Origin: Lama glama
Taxonomy: Eukaryota
NCBI GenBank assembly: GCA_028534125.1
Contig: CM052817.1
Coordinates: 27,220,001 to 27,284,000 of the forward strand
Direction of reading: 5' to 3'
DNA: 64,000 nt
The notes under the pieces were generated by a model. That model was not told the origin of the DNA. It saw nothing but the letters and a program-made list of their open reading frames with translations, and made no database searches. Shown in pieces: positions 26,160-38,347 of this stretch; positions within the stretch are counted from its first letter, which is position 1; each line of letters begins with the position of its first letter. The position numbers and the translations under genes were made by a program.

Positions 26160-26557
26160 CTTTGCATTCCAAAAAAATTGTGTGTTTGCTAAATGGAAAT
26201 TCATAAAAATGGAGCTTTTTCAAATGGGTGGATGATCAAGAGAGAGAGAATGTGCATCTGGAAGCAAAACAGCTGCATTTCTGGGAGGAGGTGCGGCCAG
26301 CTGTTCACCCTGTGCCGATGCCGCCGCGCCCCTCCTGGTGTGTTTGCCCAGGAGGCTCTGGAGAAATCTGTAGCATTTGAACAGCCCTCTGAGTGTGACT
26401 CAAGGCCGTGTGTCTAGTAGCAGTGCACATTTCACAGCTACTTCTAAAAGATAAAGCAGAGACGTAAGCTATGCGAGGCACGTCAACATTCACAGCAGGC
26501 TAGTTTCTAGGGAGCACTTGTGAACCTGATCTGATTATTAGGCTATTTTCACACATG
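26160..26557 (+). other. Candidate internal promoter and alternative first exon of LIMCH1 ending in ATG (5' boundary unknown)
   Basis: ATG at 26555-26557 is followed directly by donor GTAGGT and is in phase with exon 2. Non-repetitive sequence with E-boxes, AP-1, GATA, M-CAT and a GC-rich patch. Confidence 0.5.
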
Positions 26558-28340
26558 GTAGGTGTGCTTTAAGGGCAATTCCATGCTCAGTGGTGAGAAA
26601 ACAGGAGACTGAAGTCCTAACCTTCTCTGATTCTGCATCAGATGTTTCGATAGCACAGAAAATGTATTCCTTAGGGTTTTGTAGTTGTGTGTGTATGTGT
26701 GCATGAGCGTGTGTGTGTGAGAGTGCACGTGCAGGGATGTAGTTAGATGTAATGCAAATGTGTTTCTTTCACTGGTTAGTTTGAGGTTATTGACATGAAT
26801 ATTACAGATACTGCCATAAAATGTACTGTATTTTTCTGCGGGTTTGACTGTTGTAAATATTTATGGGTAGTTTCTTTTCTAGAATACAGTTTTCCCAGAT
26901 TAGAAGGAAAACAATATCTGACTATTCTGAAAGATGAGGAAAGAAGAGGCTGCTATCAATTACAGTGTTTAAAAGTATGGCGTTAGATAAAAGGGTGACT
27001 TGTTATTTAATGTATCAAACAATATTGTGAGTAAATTCTGGTTGACCACATCTGGGTGTGTTCCCTTTGACCCTAAACAGAGAGGGGTGAGCCAAGAGTG
27101 ATGAGGTTGGACCCAGTCCACGGGCAGAGAGGGTGGAGCTGGGCTGCATGGAGTGAAGAGAGATGCTGCTTGCATTGGTCCTTACAGCTGAGCCTGGGCA
27201 TTTGGGGAGGACACTGCTTCCGTCCAGCTGTGTGCAAGGTCAGCTACACATGATCTTTACATATTACTTTAAATCGGCTTCTAAGAATCTGGCTTAGACT
27301 CTCAGCTGTTTCCGGGTGGTTGGCATCATTTATTTAGTCTTCTTTTAGATTTATTTTATACACTGCCCAAAATGATTTTTAACAAACAAACAGCCATCCT
27401 GCAGACACGCTGATGAGGAACTCTGCACTTGTTTGCTTTGACTCAGTGCACAGCTTAATTTAATGCTCTGAGTCTGGTGGATTATTCAAGTCCTAAATTG
27501 TGAGCTGCTGTGGTTAGTCTATAATGTCAAGAGTTTTGTTAATCATTTTGGCTACGTTAACCTGTTGCTAAGAACAGGCTCTTTGGCTTCAGACAAGATA
27601 TCCAATGGTAATAGTTTCTGACGTGACCCTAAATATTTAGAAATTCCTTGTTCCTTTAGAATTGCTAATATAATATGATTACTTACCCATTTAGTGAATT
27701 TGTATTCTAACATTCCTTTATTTCTGATTTTATTTAGCTCCTGGATCTGAAACACTTGCCCCCTTCCCATTTTTTTTTTTTTTTTTGCCTTCATGGGTTT
27801 GGGTTCTTACAATATTGGTGGAACAGCTAGATCAGTATCTTTTATTACAATAATGATTTTTTAATTAGAATATTTGGTCATCAGAGTTTCTAAAACTCAT
27901 GACTCAGTAGCAGCATGAGCTTCATCAGCTCTTATTTTGAAACATGGGTATGTTTATATTTCTCACACAGCTTATTATTAATGTTTGTGTTAGGGTTCAC
28001 AGCATATATTTTTATAAACAGAGAAAATGAACGATCCAGTCTGGTTCTCTGTTCTTATAGTTTTCAGAAACCTGTACTACTCTAATGCATTTTCTTATTT
28101 CTCTTATAATGTTTCTTTGATTTTTTTTGAGGAACGATGTTTTCTTGCCCAAAAGAGCAACTGTGAATTTCCCGGGTGCAGCCAGTAATATTCCTTGTCT
28201 TAAGCAACTAATTAAACAAACTAAACATTACAAGATTGACCTAGATGTAAAACAATACTGTGTGCCCTGGACCATTCTTTGACTACTGTTGTAGTTTTGA
28301 GTAAGATACACTAAGGTCAAAGCAGGTAGAAGATACTGCC

Positions 28341-28692
28341 TGTATCAGTTAGCTATTGCTGCGTAACATACTGTCTGCTCTAGTTACTGTGCGTGCTTAA
28401 CAAATTACCCCAAAACTTAGTGGCTGAAAGCAATGACAGACTTTATTTCACTCACAAATCTGCAATTTGGTCAGAGCTCTGCAGAGATGGCTTGTCTCTG
28501 TTCCATTCAGCATCAACTGGGTCAGCTCAAAGGCTGAGGGCTGGAATTGTTTGAAGCTTACTTGCTTACATGTCTCATCATTGATGCTAGAGGCCAGCTG
28601 AGACCTTAGCTAGGACTGTCCCATAGCACCTACATGTGGCCTTTCCATTTGGCCTGGGCTTCCTCACGATATGGGGGCTGGGTTCAAGGACA
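28341..28692 (-). mobile_element. MaLR LTR (MLT1F/G-like), truncated
   Basis: tgtatcagttagctattgctgcgtaaca...aaattaccccaaaacttagtggct...cctacatgtggcctttccat...gggcttcctcac. Confidence 0.85.
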
Positions 28693-29179
28693 AGGACAAT
28701 ATTCTGTTACTATGTAAGAAGGAGAGGCCAACCAGCACTCTGTCATCAGAGCTAGGGTACACAAAGGAAAGGGACCACTTGGAAACTGGGCACTGCAAAC
28801 CTAAAAATTCAGAATTCATGCATTGATTAGATACAGGGGAAATGTCTGTGTTTTCTTTATAACAGGAAAGTAGCATCATTGTAACAAATCTAGTGAGTTC
28901 ATTGGACACATAGCTTTCAATTTAGACAAGTTTTCTGAAATATTTTAACTTTTCAATGGTTAATTAATTTTATCTTGCTTTCACAGTCTTACTAACATTA
29001 TTCTGCTTATGGTAAATTTGATCATCTCGTTTTATAGGTATAGACTATTTCTTTCTGGAGACCAGAATAAGACCTAGAGGGAGATTATGGATCTGAGATT
29101 TTTACCTCCATGACTAAGGGAAATTATGTGCATTTTAACCAGGTCCATTATACCACTGATTTGAGAGATAATGTCATTA

Positions 29180-29425
29180 TTAATAAGAACTAATATTGAT
29201 TGAGCACTTAGTATATTCCAGGCACTGTTGTAATCATTGTATATAAACAGCTCATTTAATCCTCCCAGTAGTACTATGAAGGAAATATTTTTATTACTTT
29301 AATTTTATAGGTGAGGAAATAGTAGCCCAGATGAAGTAGCTCATCCCAAATCATATGGATATTAAGTGCTGGAGCAGAGTTAAACCATAGATAGTTTGGC
29401 TGTAGAATCCATGTCCCTAACCATG
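29180..29425 (-). mobile_element. MIR SINE
   Basis: attgagcactta...ccaggcactg...ctcatttaatcctc...attttataggtgaggaaa. Confidence 0.88.
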
Positions 29426-30074
29426 GTGAAGGTAGAGAATTTGGGTAAAGCCTAGGCTTTGACTTCTGTTTCTTCTGAGAAATCACATATGCTGCATCTG
29501 TGAAGAGTTGTATAAATGAGTTCAGCAAATATTTGCAAGTCATCTGAAAGTTATTTGTAAAAGTCACTCTTAGATGCTGATGAGAGATTTGAAAAAAATC
29601 TCTAAAATGCCCTTTTCACCCAAAGACTTTACAAAATTGTAAAGGTATTAAAATAAGAACACAACTAGAACATAAGCCAAACAATGGGTAAATGAATGAG
29701 AACCTATGAAATGGGGGGCTCAGAGAAAGGCTAGGCAACTGTACTTTGGAAACAGCAGGCAATTAATAAATATCTATTATGCTAAAATTAAATCGAATTT
29801 TGAATAGGTCTTGAGACACACCTGAGGGATAGAATAGGGGTGAGAAAAGACTAATCACACATGTAGGGGAAACAGCATATAGTCAGTCTGGATATGAATA
29901 AGGAGAAAGTAGGGCTGTGACTGGAAAGGTGATTAAAGCTGGATTGCTGAGAATCTTTTTTGAAGATCAAGCTGAGGAAGTTGAACTTTTTCCTGAGACA
30001 ATGGGGAGTAACTGACAGTGTCTGAATAGTGCACAAGAGGGGAAGGAATTTGCATGACCTTATGTGAACTCTCG

Positions 30075-30265
30075 AGTCATGCTGAGTCACTTAGTTACTG
30101 TTTAACCTGTGTAAGCTGCTCTCTAAGCCTCATTAGACTCAGTTATAAAATGGGGATAAAAATACTGGCCTTTTAGGGTTTTATTAGGAAAAATAAGCTA
30201 TGATATGTAGAAATCCCAAAGTAATGCTTGACACTGAAGCTCTATGTAAATGATGATTGCTAATG
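30075..30265 (+). mobile_element. MIR SINE
   Basis: ctctctaagcctca...tataaaatggggataaaaatact. Confidence 0.7.
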
Positions 30266-30395
30266 TACTTTAATATCACATACTATTTTGATGGTGAAGA
30301 TGATGATTATGGCTGATTTCATGGCAGCAGTTATCAGGATGAATTAAAGTTAAAGAAGAAACTCCAGTTAGGATACCTAACTCCAGTTAGGTATC

Positions 30396-30925
30396 ACTTT
30401 TCAGTAAGGAAAGCAAAAACCATATGGGATATTTTAACAGAAGGAATTTAATAGAGGGAATTGGTTAAGTGAGTGGTTTAAAGGCTAAGAAGCCAAACGG
30501 GACAGTGAGCCAACCCAGAGATGAGTAATAGCGAAAGCTGCTACAATTCCTAGAGCTGAAGGGACACAGGGAGAAGATAGTATTACCTGAGCCCAGAGGC
30601 TGAGGCTGCCCAGAGGGAGCTAGAACTGCGGTGAAGGCTGCCAATGAGAGCTGGCAATGTGGAGGGAGGGGCTGACTCACAAGCTGGAGCTGTGGAGGGG
30701 AGGTGACTACTGCTGGAGATGCCATTTGGGGCAAAGCTAGGGAGGGAGAAACTCCCTGGCTTTTCTGTTCGTCCTGCCCTAGTCTTCACTAAAGCTTCTC
30801 ACTGACAACTGACCTGGAAGCCAGTTGCCAATAGAAGCCAGGAATTACAAGTCCCCTGTGATATAAAGCAGAGATGGGGTTTGGGCAGTAGAAAGTAGGT
30901 CTGAGAGCAAACAAATAACTGTCAC
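30396..30925 (-). mobile_element. Ancient ERVL-type LTR (LTR33/LTR41/LTR79-like)
   Basis: Minus strand begins tgtgacagttatttgtttgctctcagacc and contains ctggcttcc...; + strand shows gaatttaatagagggaattggtt near the other end. Confidence 0.6.
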
Positions 30926-30948
30926 AGATGGAATTATAATTGGCTATA

Positions 30949-31141
30949 TCTATGCTGTCCAGTATGGTAGCCATTGGGCACATGTGGCTGTTTGAATTAA
31001 ATACAATTTTAAATTCAGTTTCTTAGGTGCACTAGCTGCATTTCAAGTGTTTAGTAACCACATGTGGCTGGTGGCTACCATATTGGACAACACAGATACA
31101 GAACATTTCCATCATTGCAGAAAGTTTATTGGGTAGTGCTG
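30949..31141. mobile_element. MER3 (hAT-Charlie)
   Basis: gctgtccagtatggtagcca...cacatgtggctggtggctaccatattggac...gaacatttccatcattgcagaaagtt. Confidence 0.9.
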
Positions 31142-31149
31142 GTTTATAA

Positions 31150-32060
31150 GCGGTCATGAAGGGTGTATCAGGGTAGTGCAAATAGAAGGTAAATTCAGAT
31201 TTGAGAGGCAGTGAAGGGGTAAAATGAATAGACCTTGTGAAATGATGGAATGATGGACGGAGAGGGAACAAGAAGACAGGTACTGCAGATGGTCTCTTAC
31301 AGTAGCGTTACAAGTGACAGGGAACCCAGGAGAAGAATCTGCTTTGGGGTGGGGGGAATTCGAAGCTTGTTTTGGCCCATGGTGGGTTTGAGGATCCTGC
31401 AGGCTATATGTGTGAAGTTATCTAGGCATCATATTTGGGTCTGGTTAGAGAGTGGGCTAGAAATATAAATGTAAAACTTGCTCTCATAGAAGTGATAGCT
31501 GAACTCTGGGGAAGAGAGCCACCCACTAAGGATTTGTGAATTTGTTTAAGGGTACAGGTGCAGACAGAGTAGACCATGTGGTCTAAGCTTTGGCAAATCA
31601 GAAGATGGTGATTCCATTGAAAACTGTCAGTCATGCAGCCCAGGTGCCAAGAAAGGTCATCAAAGCCAAAATAGAAGCAATGGGATAGGAGAAAAGGGTG
31701 ATTTGCGATCTTGATGGAAATGAAAAGTTGATCCGGTAGGGGTGAGGTAGTGTCAAGAGTAAGTGGACGGCAGGGAAGCAGATGCTTTAGGAAACCTTCT
31801 GAGTTCAAGATCTTTCAGGAGATGCTGCACACTGTGGGGTGCAGGTGAGGTTTGAGGTGAGGCAGACGTGAGATGGAGGAGCCTCTCATTTGTAAAGAAG
31901 AGATGCTAAGACTTAAATCCTTTTAGAAGTTGAAATTACTGTGGATTTGTCCACTAAATAAATATTTTCAAACATTTACTGTGTGACCAGCACTGTGATA
32001 GGCACTAGGCATAGCGAATTAAAGACACAGCCCCGCCGCTTCAAGAAATGCATAGAGTAA
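31150..32060 (-). mobile_element. L2 fragments
   Basis: Purine-rich degraded L2, with 3' end aaacatttactgtgtgaccagcactgtgataggcact near 31970-32010. Confidence 0.55.
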
Positions 32061-33021
32061 GAATCTAAGCTAGAGAGAGAATCTCCTTGCGGTGAAGGTG
32101 AGGTGGATCTCATTCAGAATGTTGGTGCTGGGCCCACACGCAGAGAGTCAGCGAGATTTGTGGTCGGAAGACAGGAAATGGAGGGCGGGCTGAGACAACA
32201 GGACTGAGAGAAAGAAGGTGGTTCTGGTCCTGAGGGGAGGATTGTCTCTAACCTGGGTCTAGGCTACAGAAGCTTTTAAGAAGAAGGAAGGACAGAGACA
32301 GGAGGCAGGTTCTTGACCCACGTGAGGGTGAGAAAAAAGGCAAACAGGCAGATTTTTGTTTCTGGACGGGTTGGCAGAGCTAGTTAGCCCTGAAATTCTA
32401 GGAATGATATTTCTACCCGGCCTTTGAGCTAATCTTTAATAAAGGTTAATGCTTCCATCTATAGGATGGACTTAAGATGACTCAGTCATAGCATTCAAAA
32501 AATGAGATGGTGAGCACTTTCAGTTTATGGTGAAGTCGGAGCATTACCAGCAGACTCCGGTGCTCCTTGCTGCATCTGCTCCCCGGGATCCCCTCCCTCC
32601 ATACACTCGCTCAATTCAGTCTTTGCAAAGAGTGACCTTCTTTGATCCCCAGTTCCTCTGCCCATCAATCCTCTCTTGACTCACTTGTGTGCTGTGATGA
32701 GTGGCTGAGATGTGTCCTGTGGGCATTTCCTTTTGTAGATAAGCCTTTTATTTCAGTCTGTGTAGCTGATGTTTACAGCCGAAGGCACTTGCGTGGTGGC
32801 GAGGAAATGCCTGCCCAGATGAACTTCCTGCTCTTCCCAGTTCCCCTCGGACCTGGATGGGGCAGGCGCTGCCCAATGGCCATTTGGAAATTGCTGGGTT
32901 GTTTTGTTTTGTTTTGCTTCCGAACAAACAAATGATTTCTGAATGGCTCTCTTGTTCCTAGTTTCTTACCATTTGTTTAATGATCAAGATGCAATAATCT
33001 GGTTTGTTTATTGTTTGTGGA

Positions 33022-33280
33022 AATAGTAATGGCGAACATGTATGTAGTGGATACTACATGCAGGTCCTCTTCTAAATACTAGTACTTCCTAAACACCTAG
33101 GAATTCATTGACTCTTCACAAAAACATTATTTGAATTGGGCACTGTTGTCATCTTTAATTTACCAATGAGGAAAGTAAGGCAGAGAGTGTTTGAGGATCA
33201 CTTGTGTGAAGGGGGAAGTGGAGGAACAGGGTTTCAGACCCTGGTGGTCTGGCTCTAGAATCCACGCTCTTAGCCATGTT
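33022..33280 (-). mobile_element. MIR SINE
   Basis: atgaggaaagtaaggcagagag...gggtttcagaccctggtggtctggctctagaatccacgctcttagcca. Confidence 0.85.
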
Positions 33281-35519
33281 TCTATTACTTGAGGCCTAGC
33301 AATGCTAGATGCAATTTGTTTGGACTTACTTCTTTGATGGCTTAAAATGACCAAAGAGACTTCACCTCATTTGATGTATATTTCTGTTGAGTTGCACAAT
33401 TTTTACTGTCCTTTGCTTTAAAAAAAATAGGAAAAAGATGACAAGCATAAAAGAAAATGACAGATGGTTTCTGAGAATCTGAGGGTCAGTGGTCCCATTT
33501 CATTATATTGGTACCTAATCACATGAGCTAGAGTACAGTCTTCGCTTAGTGATTCATTCCTTTGGGATGTATATGACAGACTTAGCACAAAAGCAGAAAG
33601 GGGGGCCTTACTGGGGTTGCTCTTAGAGCTGGTGCCTGATTTCTGTTAGGTTCTGCAAAACTTGGCCATTTCTTGAGGGGTGGGAGGCCCCCAACATAAT
33701 CTGGAACTTTTTTTTGAGGACTTAGATTGTGAAAGCCATCAGCAAAACATCAGCCCAAGTGGCATTTCCCCCTCACATGCTGTCCCTTTGCTTTGCATGG
33801 AAATGATTACCTTAGTTTAAAAACATAGAGGAGAAAAGTCCTCTGACCCAACTAAGATCCTAATGAACGTGTGCAGTCCAAGGCCCTTCGTCAGGGCTGA
33901 GGCCATGATTGATTGTTCTATAGGACTGTCTAAATCAGTAGCATGTTTCTGGACCGCATGCAGAAGACCAACCTATTTAGCATTTTGGCCAGCATTGTCA
34001 AGGGGGCTGCTGCTTCAGGTCTGCACAATTCTCTTCATATGATAAATAATTGTAAAGGAAACTGTCAACTTGAGCATCTGGCTGATGGAAAGACTGACTT
34101 GAAAGCATGCTGAACTTGGGTGGACGCAGCCCCAACATCTGGACTTGATGGATTTGGGAGTGGGGCAGTACGTTTGGCATCTGTGTATCAGGTCCTAGAG
34201 CGTTCTTTTTAAGTTGTTTGTACTGGCCCAGGTTGAATTGTATCCTTTAGGAAATGAAAAGGCAACTGCAAAAAGGATTAATTAGATTCCATTTCTCTGG
34301 AAAAAAGTCTTTATTGGTAACGTACGGTTTGAGATGAGAGTTTTCACTGGTAATGTAAGTGCTCGTAGGTTAGTCTTCCTCCTTGAGTAGATTATAGTTG
34401 AGGAGATGGCTCATATAGAGAAAAGAGTTCTAACATCATAAAGGTAAAAAGATAGAAAAAGACAGAAAAAATCCCACAGGAATCTTCAGAGCATTTGGCA
34501 TAGAAAAGCAGAAGTAATTCAAACATAAACTGAAAAATGCTTTGAATCACATAGAAAAGCATAAGTAAGTCATCAGTTTGTGCTGGATGAATCTTGAAAT
34601 TTGAACTTTCATACATAAACTAAAAAGAGCACAAGTCTTCTACCAGTGACCCCAAACCACAAAGTCATTTACTTTTATTAACATTGGAGTAAATACCAGT
34701 GTTTGCTGGCTTGTGGCTTGGATATGAAACATGAAAGAGGAAAAGTCTGTTTGGTTTTCTTTTCCCCCAAAAAACTAATACAGCTGGCAAAAGGCAACAT
34801 TTTGCCTCACTTGTAATTGCCTGGAAATTTAAAATAGACCTTTTACTTTTTCAGAGTTTATATTGGAATTCCATCTTTATAGGAAGTCAGTCAGCCCAGA
34901 TTTTAATGGCACACACCGATCTTTCATGTGTAGTTTGTATTATGCGCAAGACCAACATGGTGGAACGCTCAGTTCTCTTGGGATGGGGCTGCTTGGAGAG
35001 GATCCAGGGTCTTGGACCACCTGAGTATTGAACAAAATATTGAACCACCCCAATATTGTCTTCTGCGCTGCTATAATCATTTACTCCCTAGAAGATCTCA
35101 AAGGGACTTATATACACAGAGAACCAGTTGAGTAAAATTCATGTTTTTTTTTTAACTATGAATTTTTTTTTCTGAACGCCAAAGGCCCGCTGAAGAGCTT
35201 GGGTAGGGTGACCCAAATGTCAGCTGTCTAAGATCTGGACACAGTTGACTTCCTAGAGGTCACTTTTTCTGTTTATGATCAACTCCCATTTGTGTTATCA
35301 GCCATATCTTAAAACAGGGACTCTATTAAATCTGTTTTTAGGGCTCAGACAGAACAGGAGAGAATGAAGGAGGCTCCATGGTTTTACCTTTGCCAGTAAA
35401 TCTCTAACAAATATCTAGAATCCAGGACCTGGGCATTTCCAATTGGTAGAACTCTACCATTATTGGTTGATGGTGGCATGGTTTCCAGTTCGGGTTCTAT
35501 AACAAAAGCACCCCAGTGT

Positions 35520-36102
35520 TGTTCTGCATCCACTCCCCCTTGCCCTTCTCCCGAGCCTTTCTCTTACAGTGGGATCTTCCTCAAACACTAATCTGACCTG
35601 TTACCCTTTTCCCAACTCTACTTGAAGCCTTTTCATGGCTTCCCACTGTTCCTGGGCTCAGTTGACATTTCTTCAAGTGTGCTGCAAGACTGCACTGGTC
35701 CTTGTTCCACCCACATCTCTAGCCAGGTGTCGGGCTCTGCTCACCTTGCTTTCTGAGCTCCTGCCAGTGCATCCTGTCCCTCACACGTGCCATGTTCCCT
35801 CCCTCCTCTGGGCTGCACACATGCCGTTCCCTCTTCCTGAAAGGCTTTTCCCTCTCCTTCCTTATCTCCTGCTCATTCTCAGCTCAGAAGCCATTTTCTT
35901 GAGCAGATCAAGTGTTCCCATTCTAAGCAATCCTGGCACCGTGTGTTTTTCCTTTCTGGAACTTACAGCAGTTGTAATTTTGCATGTGTGTAATTTAATG
36001 AGTCTCTTCTCCCCTCTACGTACCTCATCATTCTGTTTCTTATATCTAGCACAGTGTCTTTCTCACAGTCAGCACACACAACTATTTGTTGAATCAGTCA
36101 AT
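35520..36102 (+). mobile_element. L2 3' region
   Basis: catggcttcccactg...tgccgttccctcttcctgaa...tctagcacagtgtct...tatttgttgaatcagtcaat. Confidence 0.75.
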
Positions 36103-37035
36103 AGTCTGCAGGGAAAATCTGGTACTGGATCATGGTGACCAGAAGCATACCCATTGACTTGCAGAAGTTAGGCATTTGCAGTGGTGGTGCCTCTCATCTC
36201 TGTGTGTTTCCTGGGATCTCTGTCTCCTGTTTGGTGCACATTCCATATAGGTAAAACCTCAAACTTTCAGACTTTTCTTTTGGACTAATACAACAATTCC
36301 TGGCAGTCCAGATCTAAACTGAGAAGACTACTTTAAATTTAGTTAAGGGAATTCTCCAAATTGCATTTCCCACAGTCTTCTGCTCATGTCTTTGTTTTCA
36401 TTCCCAGCAGAGCCCCCAGGCTTTCTTACCTCTGTGCTACCACTTGTTGCTTCCTCTTTGGAACTCTACCATCCATGAACCAGCCTCCTGGGGATGGTCC
36501 TCACCTGCCTTCACACTGGTTCCCATCTGAGAAATTAGCTCGATGGGTTTCTGGACCAGTGGTACCCTTGGTAGTGATTCCCAAGTTCCGGCTGCCAGCA
36601 TGCCAGTGAGGTCCAGAAGGCCCTTGGCTGAACGATCCTTCTCAAAGTCTTGCCTTTTCTCATCCTTTGGACTCCTAGCCTTAAGTTAGGATGATCACCC
36701 TACTGACATGCCTTTTGACTACCTCTTCCGCATCCTGGGCCATAATTCCTGTTCTCCCGGTGTTCCGTGTCCATTTTTCTCAATAGTTCTCTCTTTCAAA
36801 GAAGGACACAAAATTACAGCCTGCTTCTTTGGTTGCTTTGTTCCCATCTTCATGTTCCCACCTGGATCAGCGTGCTTTCCCTCTGTTTATTTTCTTCCCC
36901 ACAGTTTTTGTTTTTAAGTTCAAAACTAGTGTTTTATATTGACCCTACTCCTCTCTGCATTTGAGATTCTCTTTCCAAAGCCCAAGTAATAATTTTTATC
37001 CACTTAGAAAATCTGAAGCCTTCTTTCTCAGCAGA

Positions 37036-37235
37036 GCAGAGACCAGCAAAATTATGGTCCACCACATGGTTTTATAAATAAAGTTTTATTGGAATACAAC
37101 CACACCTAATCGTTTATGTTTGTCTACAGCTGTTTTTATACTATAAAGGCAGAGCTGAGTAGCTGTGACAGAGACAGGATGGTGCACAGAGCCTAAAACA
37201 CTTACTGCCCTGCCCCTTTCAGAAAATCTTTGCTT
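37036..37235. mobile_element. MER58A (hAT-Charlie)
   Basis: aaataaagttttattggaatacaaccacacc...ggcagagctgagtagctgtgacagagac...agcctaaaac. Confidence 0.9.
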
Positions 37236-37240
37236 CAGGT

Positions 37241-37396
37241 CAGTGGTTCTCCATCCTGTCCGCACATTAGAATTACCTGGGAAGCTTTTTAAAAAGATAT
37301 CAATGACCAGACCCTGCCCCAGAACGACTGAAGAGGCTCTGGCAGGAGTCGTATTTCTAGATGATTGTTACGTGCAGTCAGAATGAGAAGCAGTGT
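37241..37396. mobile_element. MER5A/5B (hAT-Charlie)
   Basis: cagtggttctc...cacattagaattacctgggaagctttttaaaa...tgagaagcagtg. Confidence 0.85.
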
Positions 37397-37764
37397 TGCT
37401 AAGTTCCCCTTCCTTCTTTCTTGGCTGCTTGATGAACTCTGCTTCCTGGGACCCTCAATTTATGATCATTATTGAAGCTTAGAAATAGGTCAGTTGCTTA
37501 GCCTCGGCTGAGAGATGGAATGAGCAGGGTGAACCCCAAACTGCACATCATCTCGAGAGCCGCCAACCTGCACACCAAAGGTCACGGCAAATTCCCAAGG
37601 AGGCGGTTTATTCAGGGGCCAGCCGATGAGTCTTCTTTTCCTTTCGTCTTCTGCCTGGCTTTCTGGTTCATCACTGTGCTCCTCTCTTCGTAATGTGAGA
37701 CTCTTGCCTGCTCCTTGTAGAGTTCTCCTGTGTCCTCTCAGGTTGTTTTCAGAATATTCCATTT

Positions 37765-38285
37765 TTTACTGTTAATTTTGTTATTATTATTATTAAATTG
37801 TGGCAAAATACACAAAAGTTACCGTTTTAAGTGTACAGTTCAGTGGCATAAAGTACATTCACGGTGTTGTGCAACCATCCCAGCCATCCGTCTCCAGAAC
37901 TCTTTCCGTCTTGCGAGACAGAAACTTCGCTTTGTACTCATTAAACAATAGCTCCCTATTACCCTTTGCCCCAGCCCCTGGTAACCGTCATTGTACTTTC
38001 TGTTTTGATAAATTCGACTATTCCAGGTACCTCGTATAAGTGGAATAGTACAGCATTTGTCCTTTTGTGACTGGCTTGCTTCACTTAGCAGTGTCCTCAG
38101 TGTTCATCCATGTTGTGACATGTGTCGGGATTTCCTTCTCTTTTCAGGCTCAATAACATTCCCTTGTGTGAATCTCCCACATGTTGTTTGTCTCTTCATC
38201 TGTTAATGGACATTGGAGTGTCTTCTGTCTTTTGGCTTTTGTGAATAATGCTGCTTTGAACATGAGTATACAGGCATCTCTTCCA
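37765..38285 (-). mobile_element. L1MB-type 3' end
   Basis: ttttaagtgtacagttcagtggcat...tgtgactggcttgcttcacttagca...gtgaataatgctgct. Confidence 0.92.
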
Positions 38286-38347
38286 GTCTACTAAATTCCT
38301 TTTTAACTTGGTATCTCTGATATTAAGGGGATTTTAGACCTAGACCA

